Position numbers and translations under genes: made by a program. Below the pieces are notes generated by a model. The model was not told the origin of the DNA, did not search any database, and saw only the letters and a program-made list of their open reading frames with translations. Below, piece by piece: positions 29,520 to 39,434 of a DNA stretch of 64,000 nt (within the stretch, counting starts at the first letter, position 1; the number at the start of each line of letters is the position of its first letter). The DNA is from an uncultured Gammaproteobacteria bacterium (GTDB lineage Bacteria > Pseudomonadota > Gammaproteobacteria > JACCXJ01), in NCBI GenBank assembly GCA_963764725.1, contig CAVXTM010000018.1:224001-288000 (forward strand), written 5' to 3'.

Positions 29520-30662
29520 TTGATGTCCGCGCACTCCGGCGTCCGGCATGCGACTGCCTACGGGAATCCATCCAAGCGCGACAGACCGGTGCTGGTGACA
29601 GGCGCTTCGGGCCACCTCGGCGCCAATCTGGTGCGCCGGCTGCTCGATGAAGGGTATCCGGTCCGTGTTCTTCTGCGCGAGGGTAGCGATAGAGCCGCCG
29701 TGGAAGGCTTGGCGGTCGAGCGCGTTTTCGGCGACCTGCGGGACTTTCCCGCCACCCGTGCCGCCGTCGCCGGGTGCGGAAGGATCTATCACTGCGCGGC
29801 CAAACTCTCGACCATCGAGGGGGATGCCCGGCACCAGCGGGAGATCTATGAATGCAACGTGATCGGGACGCAGCAACTGTTGCGCGCGGCGCGCGAGGCA
29901 TGCTTAGAACGGGTCGTTGTCACCGGTTCCTTCAGCGCCGTCGGGTACGAACTCGACGCACCCTCCGCGCCGAGCAATGAAACCATGCAGTTCTATCCCT
30001 TCGAGCGCAGCATGCCTTACGAGCGCTCCAAGGTCCTGGTCGAGCACGAATGCCTGAAAGCTGTCATCGACGGCCTCGATGTCGTGGTGGCTACGTGTTG
30101 CGCCATCATCGGCGGCAATGATTTCCGGCCCTCGCGCCTGGGCCGGACCCTGTGCGACTTTGTCAACGGGAACCTCCGCGCTTACCTCCGCGGCGGCTTC
30201 GAATTCGTGGCGGCACGCGATATCGTGGAAGCTCACCTGCTCTGCATGGACAAAGGCCGGACGGGACACAAGTATATTTTTAGCACGGAGTTCCTGATGC
30301 TCGACGAGCTCCTCGATTTGTTCACGGAGATCTCGGGTGTGGCGGGCCCCCGCCGCCGCCTTCCGGCACCTCTGATGCTGGCCTGCGCCGAGATGGCGAG
30401 CGCCTACCTAAGCCGCTTCCACCCCGGCGTTCAGCAGCGTTTGACGCCGGGCGCTATCCGCTTGCTGCGCAAATGCCGGCACGCCGATCTCACCAAGGCC
30501 CGCACCGAGCTCGGCTACCGGCCGACGAGCATCCGCACCGCGGTGGAGGAAGCATACGCTTTTCATTATGCGCGGGGCGCTATTCATCATGCCGCGGCGC
30601 GGGCGCCAAGCCGCCCGGCCGGTAGCGAACCAGCGGTGGCCCACCGCATGGCCTTGCCCTAG
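29520..30662 (+). CDS. Extended SDR / 3-beta-HSD-like enzyme, probable sterol C-4 decarboxylase/reductase (SdmB-like)
   Basis: VTGASGHLG, YERSK catalytic motif; adjacent to a Rieske oxygenase in the sterol operon. Confidence 0.75.
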   Translation: MMSAHSGVRHATAYGNPSKRDRPVLVTGASGHLGANLVRRLLDEGYPVRVLLREGSDRAAVEGLAVERVFGDLRDFPATRAAVAGCGRIYHCAAKLSTIEGDARHQREIYECNVIGTQQLLRAAREACLERVVVTGSFSAVGYELDAPSAPSNETMQFYPFERSMPYERSKVLVEHECLKAVIDGLDVVVATCCAIIGGNDFRPSRLGRTLCDFVNGNLRAYLRGGFEFVAARDIVEAHLLCMDKGRTGHKYIFSTEFLMLDELLDLFTEISGVAGPRRRLPAPLMLACAEMASAYLSRFHPGVQQRLTPGAIRLLRKCRHADLTKARTELGYRPTSIRTAVEEAYAFHYARGAIHHAAARAPSRPAGSEPAVAHRMALP

Positions 30663-31812
30663 ACCTGAGGCTGCGACGATCAGCGGACAGCGCCTTCCAG
30701 CCAACTCTTCTCCGCCTACCTTCGCGGAGGCTCGCAATGCGCGCCAAAAAGTCCGTGCGGCCGGTCTGGATCCGAACTACTGGTATGCGGTGGAGATCGA
30801 TGAGCGCATCCTGCCAGGCCAGGTAACCGAGGTGGTATTCTGGAAGCGTTCCATCGCTCTCTTCAAAGGCCGGGACGGACGCGTGCGGGCGATCGAGAAC
30901 CGCTGTGCGCATCGCCAGTTGAAGCTGTCGCTGGGCGGAGTCGATGACTGCCAACTGGTGTGCCTCTATCACGGCTGGACATACGACGGGGAGGGGCGCG
31001 TGGTCCGCATTCCCCACGATCTATTCGGGCGGCGCATGCCGGAGTTTCGCATCGCGAGCTTCCCCGTGCGCGTGCGCTATGGGCTCGTGTGGCTATTTCC
31101 GGGCGATCCGGCCCTGGCCGCGGAACGGCCGATCCCGGAAATCCCGGAGCTCGAAGGACCGGATCGATGGGCCTGTCGGCCGCTCAGTTTCATCTGGCGC
31201 GCGCATCATTCCATGATCATCGATAACGTCAGCGATTTCACCCATGCACACTTGCACCGCAAGTACCGCCCGTTCGACGATGCGCGCCTGGTCCGCTGTG
31301 AAACTGCCGGTGACAGCGTTCACGTAGCCTACGACACCCGCGTGGGACGGGGCCGGATCTCCGGATTGTTCGTCGACCGCGACCGGATCAACACCAACCA
31401 CATGCGGCTCTGCTACCAGTATCCTTACCAGTGGTCCAACACAGATGACAAGATCAAGCACTGGCTGTTTGTCCTCCCTATCGACGAGCGCACGACGCGG
31501 ACTTTTTTCCTGTTCTATTTCGAGTCGCTCAAGATCCCGTGGACGGCGGTCCGCATCCCGCGCGCAGCCATGGATTTTGTACTGAGGCTCGCTAACCGCA
31601 TGCTGATTGCACCGCTATTGGACCAGGATCGCGGCGCGGTCGAGGCTGAGCAGGAAGGCTACGAAGTGCACTGGGACGCGCCGATCGCGGAGATCAACCC
31701 AGCCGTCCGGGCCTTCCAGGAGGTCACCATCCGAAAATGGCAGGCCCATCTCGACCGCTTAGCGCCGCAAGCGAGTGTCCGCGCAACGCCAACCATGCAG
31801 CGAGCTCCGTAG
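30589..31812 (+). CDS. Rieske non-heme oxygenase, probable sterol C-4 methyl oxidase (SdmA-like); start uncertain
   Basis: CAHR...CLYHGW Rieske motif, DNVSDFTHAHLH Fe site; sterol operon context. Confidence 0.78.
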   Translation: MPRRGRQAARPVANQRWPTAWPCPRPEAATISGQRLPANSSPPTFAEARNARQKVRAAGLDPNYWYAVEIDERILPGQVTEVVFWKRSIALFKGRDGRVRAIENRCAHRQLKLSLGGVDDCQLVCLYHGWTYDGEGRVVRIPHDLFGRRMPEFRIASFPVRVRYGLVWLFPGDPALAAERPIPEIPELEGPDRWACRPLSFIWRAHHSMIIDNVSDFTHAHLHRKYRPFDDARLVRCETAGDSVHVAYDTRVGRGRISGLFVDRDRINTNHMRLCYQYPYQWSNTDDKIKHWLFVLPIDERTTRTFFLFYFESLKIPWTAVRIPRAAMDFVLRLANRMLIAPLLDQDRGAVEAEQEGYEVHWDAPIAEINPAVRAFQEVTIRKWQAHLDRLAPQASVRATPTMQRAP

Positions 31813-31826
31813 AGGCCTGCACGTAG

Positions 31827-32918
31827 ATGAGCAGCCTGAACACTGGCACCAGCTTGGAGGCCCTGGCCGGAGTCTCGGCCTTCGTGATTCTCTTGTTCGT
31901 CGGCTCGCGGCTGCTTCCGGGCCCGGAAGCACAGGGCGCGCCGCTACCCTCGGGCGGGCGACTCGCCTACCGCCTAAATGGACTACGGGTCTTCCTCCTG
32001 AGTGCTCTGGCGGCGGCGCTCGGGCAGCTACTCGGCTGGTGGTCCCTGTCCGTACTTTACCACCAGTTTCTGTCGATTTTTCTCGCGGCCAATATGTTTG
32101 CATTCGTGCTCACGGGAATCGTATTCCTCCGCGGCAAGCCGCCGTCCGCGCAGAAGGGTCAAAATCCTCTGGCGGAGACCTTGCGCGGGCTGTTCCTCGG
32201 CATCGAGTTGAACCCGCGGCTCGCCGGCGTCGATCTCAAGCTCTTCAGCTATCGTCCGTCGCTAATCGGGCTCGCGTTGCTCAATGCTTCGTTCGCCGTC
32301 GCGCAGTACGAGATTTACGGGACACTGTCCGGCGCAATGGCTCTGTATGAGATCTTCACCCTGATCTATATCGGCAACTACTTTCAATTCGAACACGGCA
32401 TGCTCTATACCTGGGACATTGTCGCCGAGCGTTTCGGTGGGATGCTCATCTGGGGTGATTACGTGCTCGTCCCCTTCTTCTATTCCCTGCCGGGCTGGTT
32501 TCTCATCCACCGGCTCGATCCCCTGCCGGCCTCTGCCGCGGTTGCCCTCACGGCGCTGTTCCTCTTCGGCTTCTGGCTGTTCCGCGGCGCCAATGAGCAG
32601 AAACACCGTTTCAAGGCCGACGCCAGCGCTCGGATTTGGGGGCGGCCCGCCGAGACTCTTGGCGGCCGGTTGCTGGTCTCTGGCTTTTGGGGCATCGGGC
32701 GGCATCTCAATTATTCAGGCGAGATTTGCATCTACCTGGCCTTCGCGCTCACTACCGGCTTCGATTCGGTCCTACCCTATTTGCTTCCGGCCTGGCTCAT
32801 CGCGCTCTTGATCCACCGCGCCCGGCGCGACGAGCGCCGCTGCTACGCGAAATACGGGACGCTCTGGACCCAATACACGCAAAGGGCACGCTTTCGCATG
32901 CTACCCTTCGTCTATTAA
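31827..32918 (+). CDS. ERG4/ERG24-family sterol reductase (probable Delta14-reductase)
   Basis: G.ELNPR, DLKLF, DIVAERFGGML.WGD, LLVSGFWG..RH.NY.GE, RARRDE.RC..KYG. Confidence 0.88.
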   Translation: MSSLNTGTSLEALAGVSAFVILLFVGSRLLPGPEAQGAPLPSGGRLAYRLNGLRVFLLSALAAALGQLLGWWSLSVLYHQFLSIFLAANMFAFVLTGIVFLRGKPPSAQKGQNPLAETLRGLFLGIELNPRLAGVDLKLFSYRPSLIGLALLNASFAVAQYEIYGTLSGAMALYEIFTLIYIGNYFQFEHGMLYTWDIVAERFGGMLIWGDYVLVPFFYSLPGWFLIHRLDPLPASAAVALTALFLFGFWLFRGANEQKHRFKADASARIWGRPAETLGGRLLVSGFWGIGRHLNYSGEICIYLAFALTTGFDSVLPYLLPAWLIALLIHRARRDERRCYAKYGTLWTQYTQRARFRMLPFVY

Positions 32919-32921
32919 CTC

Positions 32922-34316
32922 ATGGAACCCCAAGCTTATCCCGTCGCCACCGACACGCTTCCCCCCAGGCCGATCCCGCGAGTGCGCGGCGGACTGCCCG
33001 TGCTGGGCCACGCTCTGGCCTTTCAGCGTGATCCGCTGAGCCTGCTGGAGCAGGCCTGGCGGGCGCATGGAGAGGTGTTCCAGTTCCGGCTTGGCGGGCG
33101 CGAGGTCGTTATATTTGCCGGACCCGAGGCCCACGATGCTTACTTCCGCGCCCCGGACGATCAGTTGGGCGCGCGCGAGGTCTATCAGTTCACGGTCCCA
33201 ATCTTCGGCAAGGGTGTTGCTTACGATGTCGCGCCCGAGCGCATGGCCGAGCAACTGAGCTTCCTCGCGCCCCTGATGCGGGGCGGACCCATGCACGCTT
33301 ATGCCCGCCTCATAGATCAGGAGATCAAAGACTACACCGCAAGATGGGGGGACGAAGGCGAGATCGACCTCCCGGTGGTCACCAACGAGCTGACGGTGAA
33401 CATCGCCAGCCGCTGCCTGCTTGGGGAGGAGATCCGCACGCGTCTCGATACCGGCTTCGCCCGCCTGTACCACGATCTCCAGCGAGGAATCAATACCTTG
33501 GGGTTCTTTTTTCCGCGCCTGCCGATCCCTGGCCATATACAGCGAGACCGGGCCCGCCGCCAAGTGGCCTCCCTGATGCGCGGCATCCTAGCCGAGCGGC
33601 GGCGAACCGGCACGCGCCCGGGCGACTTCATGCAGGCGCTGATGGAAGCGCGCTATACCGATGGCAGTGCGCTCGGCGATGAGGAAATCACCGGCCTCTT
33701 GCTCACCGTGCTGTTCGCGGGTCAGCACACGAGCAGCGTGCTCGCGGCCTGGGTCGGAATCGATCTGCTGCGGCACCGCCAGTACCTGGCCGCGGTCCTG
33801 GCCGAGATCCAGGCCGTTTATGGCGAGGGCCAGACCTTAAGCCTGGATACGCTGAAGAGCCAATTGGCGCTGGAGCACGCCGTCCGTGAAGGCGAACGCC
33901 TGCATCCGCCGCTCATCCTGCTGGTGCGCAAGGCCCTCGGAGACATCGAGTATCACGGCTTTCGCATTCGAGCCGGGACCCTGGCCATGGTCTCGCCGGC
34001 GCTCTCGCACCGTCTGCCCACGGTCTTCAAGGACCCCGAGCGCTACGATCCGGATCGTTTCGGCCCGCCGCGCGAGGAACACAAGCAAGGGACCCATGTG
34101 CTGATTGGCTTTGGCGGCGGCCGGCACCGTTGTCTCGGGATGCACTTCGCGTACATGCAAGTCAAAGCCCTGTGGAGCCTGTTACTGTCGCGCTTCGATC
34201 TCGATCTGATCTCCCCGCCGCCCGCACCGGATTATGGAAGCTGGGTCACCGGACCACGGCCGCCGTGCCGGGTTCGGTACCGGCGCCGCCCCGTATCGCT
34301 CGGCCCCAACCTATGA
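32922..34316 (+). CDS. cyp51: Sterol 14-alpha-demethylase, cytochrome P450 CYP51
   Basis: Y.F..PIFGKGV.YD, AGQHTS I-helix, EGER (ExxR), FGGGRHRCLG heme motif. Confidence 0.92.
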   Translation: MEPQAYPVATDTLPPRPIPRVRGGLPVLGHALAFQRDPLSLLEQAWRAHGEVFQFRLGGREVVIFAGPEAHDAYFRAPDDQLGAREVYQFTVPIFGKGVAYDVAPERMAEQLSFLAPLMRGGPMHAYARLIDQEIKDYTARWGDEGEIDLPVVTNELTVNIASRCLLGEEIRTRLDTGFARLYHDLQRGINTLGFFFPRLPIPGHIQRDRARRQVASLMRGILAERRRTGTRPGDFMQALMEARYTDGSALGDEEITGLLLTVLFAGQHTSSVLAAWVGIDLLRHRQYLAAVLAEIQAVYGEGQTLSLDTLKSQLALEHAVREGERLHPPLILLVRKALGDIEYHGFRIRAGTLAMVSPALSHRLPTVFKDPERYDPDRFGPPREEHKQGTHVLIGFGGGRHRCLGMHFAYMQVKALWSLLLSRFDLDLISPPPAPDYGSWVTGPRPPCRVRYRRRPVSLGPNL

Positions 34317-37300
34317 CAAGGTCGAGGGTCCCACACTTCGACGTCGCCGTGGTTGGCGCGGGACCGGTCGGCGCGGTCGCGGCCCTGGCCCATGCGCGCC
34401 GCGGGGCACGGGTCGCACTGTTCGAGGCCAATCCGAGATCGGCGCAACGTTTGGCCGGAGAGTGGCTGCATCCCCCAGCCATAGAGGTACTGCGACAGAT
34501 CGGCATCGATTTGCCCACCGCGATCCCGGAGCACTCGGCCGGTCAGGGTTTTGTGGTGTTTCCGGACGACGGTTCCTCGCCCTGCCTGCTGCCCTATGCT
34601 GGCGGGGCACCGGGACTCAGTTGTGAGCACAGCGCGCTGGTTGGGACCCTGCGAGCCGCCGCCGCCGCGCACCCCAATGTGGACTATCTGACTTCGGCAC
34701 GGGTGCGCCGTATCGAGGATCACAGCGTACGCTATGTGCAGCGGGGTGGAGTGGGCTCGATCGTGGCCGGCCGCATTGTGGGGGCGGATGGACGCCGCTC
34801 CATTGTCCGCGCCAGCCTCGGCCTGCCGGTCGATCACGCCATCTGCTCGCGTATGGTCGGCCTATTGCTTCGCGACGTGGAGCTCCCGTTCGAGGGTTTT
34901 GGGCATGTGTTACTCGGTGGCCCCGGCCCGGTCCTTGCCTACCGCATCACCCCGCATGAAGTGCGCCTGATCCTGGACGTACCTGTGCACCGCCGCGGAC
35001 GCCAGGAGCGCGCGGCTTACCTGTGGGAGGGCTATGCGGCAGTCTTGCCCAGCGCCCTGCGGCCGGGCTTTCGCGCGGCCCTCTTGGAGGGAGCCTTCGA
35101 GGGCGCCGCCAACGAAATCAGGGCGCGCAGTGACTACGGCCGCGATCACGTGTTTCTTGCCGGAGATGCCGTCGGCCATCACCATCCCTTGACCGCGGTC
35201 GGGATAACCCTGGGCTTCGGCGATGCTCTGTGCCTAGCCGAGTGCCGGGATCCGGCGGATTATCGGTCTCGCCGGCGCCAGGCCACGCGGGTCGCCGAGC
35301 TGCTGGCCGTGGGCCTCTATCAGGCGCTGACCGAGAGCAGCGAAGAAGCCGACGCCACTCGCCAAGCCATTTATCGGATGTGGCGCAAGAGCAACGCTGA
35401 ACGCACGCGCACGATGCGCTATCTCGCCTGCCAAGACACGCGGACCGCCCTGTTTGCGTGCTCTTTTGTCCGTGCCATCGCCCATGCCCTGTCAGCGATC
35501 GTCAGCGAGGCGCTATGGCGTAGCGAGTGGTCTCATGCGGCAACGGTGGCCCGGGCGCTGGGCGGGCGCCTGCACTGGCTCCTGCGCGGGATCCTACCCA
35601 CCCAATCCGGCCGCGCCTGGGCTCTCGCGCCGGAGGGTCATGGGAAAGGAACCGCGTCCGCGCCCATCGTGGGCGACGCCGGCCCCCGGCTCGTGGCAGA
35701 GGATAATAAAGAGCTAGAGGATACCGAAGCCGGCCCGGCACTTAGACTTGCTGTCACCGCGCTCATTCGCCAGCAGTCGCCGGGCGGCGGCTGGGAGGGA
35801 GAGGTCATCTGGTGCCCGATGCTGGCGGCGCAGTACGTGCTCATGTGCCATATCACCGGCGTCTCGATCGCGCCTGGGCGAAAGGCGTCTCTGTGCCTTC
35901 ACTTCCGCCGCACGCAATTGGCCTCCGGACTCTGGGGCCTGCACCCGCAGTCCTCACCCTACCTCTTCGTGACTGTCCTCGTTTATGTCGCCGTGCGTCT
36001 GTTAGGGGTGAACCGGGAGGATCCTCTGCTCGGCCCCGCGGCCCGGTTCATCGCGGCCGAAGGCGGGGTCACGGCCATCCCGAGCTGGGGTAAGTTCTGG
36101 CTCGCGCTGCTGAACCTCTATGATTGGGACGGCCTCAACCCGCTGCCGCCCGAGGCCTGGCGGCTGCCCCGCTGGATGCCCTTGCACCCGGGCCGGTTCT
36201 ACTGCCATACCCGGCTCATCTACCTGGCGATGAGCGTGATCTACGCGTCTCGCTTTCAGACACCCTGCACACCCGTGATCGAGGCCTTGCGCACGGAGTT
36301 GTACCCCTTGGGTCATAAGCACGTTGGCGCGAGTCGCAGGGCGCTGCGGCCGGGGGATCTGGTTGCGCCCCCGACGCTCTGGCTTCGAGGGCTCTTTGCG
36401 CTCGGTGCGCTCGTGGAGCGCTGGCACCCTGCCGTGCCGCGGCGGACCATCGTCGAGCGGCTGCGCGAGCGGATCCGCTGGGAGCTGCGGACGACCGATC
36501 ACACCAGCATCTCGCCGGTCAGCGGTTTACTCAATATGATCGCACTCTGGATCCACGACCCCGGAGACCCCGATCTGCTCCGTGCGTACGCCCGCTTCGA
36601 AGGCTGGATTTGGGAAAATGATAAGGCGGGGACGCGGGTTACCGGCGCGCGCAGCGCCTCCTGGGACACCGCTTTTGCGGTGCAGGCGCTGGCGGTCGCC
36701 GGGGTGCATCCCGGTTCCGGGGAGGCCAAGGCACGGGGCGTGGCCTTTCTCCGCAGTCAGCAGATCCGGCAGACGTTCGGCGGGATCGACGAGAACTTCC
36801 GGATCGACCCCAAGGGCGGATGGTGTTTTGCGGGCGTGTGGCACGGCTGGCCGGTGAGCGACTGCACGGCCGAGGCGGTGCTGGCGCTGCTCGCGGCCCC
36901 CGGAGCGCCGCCGGACCCGGAAGCCCTCGGCGAGGCCGTTGCGTTTATCCTGCGCTGCCAGAACACCGACGGCGGCTTTGGCACTTACGAGGCGAGCGGC
37001 ACGCGCTGGGCGCTGGAATGGCTCAACCCCGCGGAGATGTTTGCCGACTCCATGACCGACCGTTCCTGGGTCGAGTGTACAGCCTCCTGCATCGCCGCTC
37101 TCGCCGCGGTCGGGGAACGCTGTCCGGATCTCATGGCGCCAGCGATCGAACGCGCCATCGGGCGCGCGGCGCGCTGGGTTTATGCCAGCCAGCGGTCCGA
37201 CGGAGCGTGGCCCGGAGCCTGGGGGGTGTACCTCATCTACGGTACCTTGTTCGGCGTGCGCGGCCTGCTGGCCGCGGGCACACCGGTCTATCACCCTTCC

Positions 37301-37687
37301 ATCCGCAAGGCCTGCCGGTGGCTCTTGGCGCGCCAGCGGCCCGATGGCGGCTGGGGCGAGCACCACAGCGGTTGTCTGACCGGCGTTTACAAAGAACACT
37401 CGGAGAGCCAGATTATCCAGACCGCCTGGGCGCTGCTGACCTTGCTCGAAGCCCGTGAACCCGACTGGGCCGCTATCGACCGGGGCGCCGCTTACCTCTC
37501 GCGCAGGCAAGACGCACGCGGCCAATGGCCGGCGCAAGACATGGCGGGCGTCTTCTTCCGCACGGCGCTCCTCGACTACACACTGTACCGCGCTTACTTT
37601 CCAGTTTGGGCCCTGGGCCTGTACCAGGCCCGGTGCGCGGAGCGCGCGGCGTTCGCACCGCCGGCGCCGCAAGCGATCCGGGCGTAA
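34313..37687 (+). CDS. Squalene epoxidase-oxidosqualene cyclase fusion (~1124 aa)
   Basis: N-half VGAGPVG, RLAGEWLHP, GADG, GDA...HPLT..G; C-half QW repeats, FYCHTR, GWPVSDCTAE; ATG 34313 overlaps the cyp51 TGA (ATGA). Confidence 0.88.
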   Translation: MTRSRVPHFDVAVVGAGPVGAVAALAHARRGARVALFEANPRSAQRLAGEWLHPPAIEVLRQIGIDLPTAIPEHSAGQGFVVFPDDGSSPCLLPYAGGAPGLSCEHSALVGTLRAAAAAHPNVDYLTSARVRRIEDHSVRYVQRGGVGSIVAGRIVGADGRRSIVRASLGLPVDHAICSRMVGLLLRDVELPFEGFGHVLLGGPGPVLAYRITPHEVRLILDVPVHRRGRQERAAYLWEGYAAVLPSALRPGFRAALLEGAFEGAANEIRARSDYGRDHVFLAGDAVGHHHPLTAVGITLGFGDALCLAECRDPADYRSRRRQATRVAELLAVGLYQALTESSEEADATRQAIYRMWRKSNAERTRTMRYLACQDTRTALFACSFVRAIAHALSAIVSEALWRSEWSHAATVARALGGRLHWLLRGILPTQSGRAWALAPEGHGKGTASAPIVGDAGPRLVAEDNKELEDTEAGPALRLAVTALIRQQSPGGGWEGEVIWCPMLAAQYVLMCHITGVSIAPGRKASLCLHFRRTQLASGLWGLHPQSSPYLFVTVLVYVAVRLLGVNREDPLLGPAARFIAAEGGVTAIPSWGKFWLALLNLYDWDGLNPLPPEAWRLPRWMPLHPGRFYCHTRLIYLAMSVIYASRFQTPCTPVIEALRTELYPLGHKHVGASRRALRPGDLVAPPTLWLRGLFALGALVERWHPAVPRRTIVERLRERIRWELRTTDHTSISPVSGLLNMIALWIHDPGDPDLLRAYARFEGWIWENDKAGTRVTGARSASWDTAFAVQALAVAGVHPGSGEAKARGVAFLRSQQIRQTFGGIDENFRIDPKGGWCFAGVWHGWPVSDCTAEAVLALLAAPGAPPDPEALGEAVAFILRCQNTDGGFGTYEASGTRWALEWLNPAEMFADSMTDRSWVECTASCIAALAAVGERCPDLMAPAIERAIGRAARWVYASQRSDGAWPGAWGVYLIYGTLFGVRGLLAAGTPVYHPSIRKACRWLLARQRPDGGWGEHHSGCLTGVYKEHSESQIIQTAWALLTLLEAREPDWAAIDRGAAYLSRRQDARGQWPAQDMAGVFFRTALLDYTLYRAYFPVWALGLYQARCAERAAFAPPAPQAIRA

Positions 37688-37725
37688 TCGCCGACGCCAT
37701 TATCTGTGCTTACGTACAGCAGCTT

Positions 37726-37844
37726 GGATTCCAACCCAATGCGTCTAATATTCATTGTGGACCTCCTCGCTCGTTGCTTGGAAACAGATTCGACTTCCAT
37801 TCTGGCACATCGATGCCGAAGAGTCGGGGAGGTTCATGTCATTC
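37726..37844 (-). mobile_element. IS110-family (IS1111 group) left-end remnant
   Basis: Subterminal IR-like ATGAACCTCCCC (37826-37837), GAGGAGG SD and truncated transposase start MNIRRIGL at 37755. Confidence 0.55.
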
Positions 37845-37867
37845 GTTAACGCCCTCGGAGAGTACTG

Positions 37868-39137
37868 ATGTCATTTCCAGCACATGTGTTCCGGGTTCTG
37901 ATCGCTTCGCCCTCCGACGTGACTGACGAGCGAGAGATCGCAGTGCGCACCATCCAGGAGTGGAACGACCTGAACGCCGCCGAGCGGCAGGTGGTTATTC
38001 TGCCGATCCGCTGGGAGACGCATTCTGCGCCCGAGTACGGCAAACGACCCCTGGAGATCATTAACCAACAAATCGTTGACCATGCGATCTTCTGGTAGGT
38101 ATCTTTTGGACTAAAGTTGGAAGTCCCACCGGCGTTGCGGACAGTGGGACGATCGAAGAGATTGAGCGGGTTGCGCTGAACGGAAGACCTGTGATGCTCT
38201 ATTTCTCCCAGACGAAGCAAGACCCAGACAAGATCGATATAGAGCAACTCAGTAAGCTGCGAGAGTTCAAGAAGAAGACGTTCCCCAACGCTCTCATCGA
38301 AACCTACTCCGATCCCACTGAGTTCAAGGGGACTTTGTCTCGACAGCTTGAGCTGCAGCTGAGGACTCTCTTGGCTGCCGAAATGGGGGGCGCTTCGGAG
38401 GATTCAGCTGTCCCTCCAGTGACCGACATTGTCCTCCACTTCGCGGACGCTGAGAGTGGGAAGGACATTGGGACAACACTTGCGCTTGAGGCGCGCTTTA
38501 TCGAAGTGACCAATTTCGAGGACGTACCAGAGTACGTGCCACCTGAGGAAAAGCGCAATGCCTTGGCAGCCGCTTTGACAGCAGAGGCTGCAACAGCAGC
38601 GACTACCTCTCCACTCTATACTCGGGACCCAACAAGAACTACTTCCGCCAGCTCATAACCTATCACGTCGTCCAGAGCTTTTTCCGGCCCATTCGATTCT
38701 GGCTAACGAATCGCGGAGGTGTAGGAGCGCGGGATGTCTATCTCGACATCAACATACAGTCGAAATCGCGAAACCTGGTTGTCCTATCCAAGGATAGTGT
38801 TCCCACTACTCCGCCTTCCAAGACTGGATCGACCATTGGACTTCTCTCGACCACACACCCCACAAAGCCAGAGGAGGTAATCCGAACTCCTGGTGATAGC
38901 TGGCGCACGCAGATGGAGTTTAAAGCCCTCCAACCCAAGAGGGAGATCAGCCCCATTGCACGGTTTGTGATTGGTGCAAAGGAAAGCTGCGATGTCACCA
39001 TCGCTGCCAGAATTTATGCGGACACGCTGGCGGAGCCAGTTGATCAGGAACTGCAACTTCGATTGAATGTTACCCGCCTATCAATCAAGGCGGAGGAGGT
39101 TATGCAAGATATCGCGGGGCAGTCCAGCGAGCGCTAA
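37868..39137 (+). pseudogene. DUF4062/NDT-like domain gene in a probable integron cassette, two frameshifts
   Basis: RVLIASPSDV..ER, RWE, IFWT..GSPTG...SGT.EE spread across shifted frames; the stop codon overlaps the attC R'' site. Confidence 0.6.
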
Positions 39138-39227
39138 CCTGCCGTTCAGCCGGAGCGCCCAAGAGCGGCGCTCTTGGGTTCCCGTCGCGCTTCGCGCGAC
39201 GGCGCCCGGTTAACGGCGGCGTTTAAG
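39132..39227 (+). repeat. attC recombination site
   Basis: CGCTAAC-CTGCCG-TTCAGCCGG ... CCGGTTAA-CGGCGGC-GTTTAAG imperfect hairpin with an unpaired C; matching GTTAACG core at 37845-37851. Confidence 0.65.
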
Positions 39228-39391
39228 CCGCTGGGCGGTTGCGAATACCTTGTCTCCTGCTCGGACACACGAAGGCCCTAGTTAGTGAACGCCGCAGACA
39301 AGATTGCTCTCGCATCTGCCGCTTTTGCCGCAGCGAGCTTTCTCGCCGCCCTGCTTGTCTACTTGGCTCAGCCCGCGACCGCACAAGTATC

Positions 39392-39421
39392 GTAGGTCGG
39401 GTTAGCGCAGCGTAACCCGAC
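39392..39421 (+). repeat. GTAG-type REP element
   Basis: GTAG-GTCGGGTTA-GCGCAGCG-TAACCCGAC hairpin beside a RAYT fragment. Confidence 0.7.
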
Positions 39422-39434
39422 AAACCCAATCGGA

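Noticed and set aside
34130-34312. N-terminal 61 aa of the 1185-aa ORF call
   Set aside because: Overlaps the cyp51 heme-binding region; ATG 34313 with ATGA coupling is more plausible
35740-37687. Squalene-hopene cyclase
   Set aside because: The catalytic motif is DCTAE, not DxDD, and the domain is fused to an epoxidase
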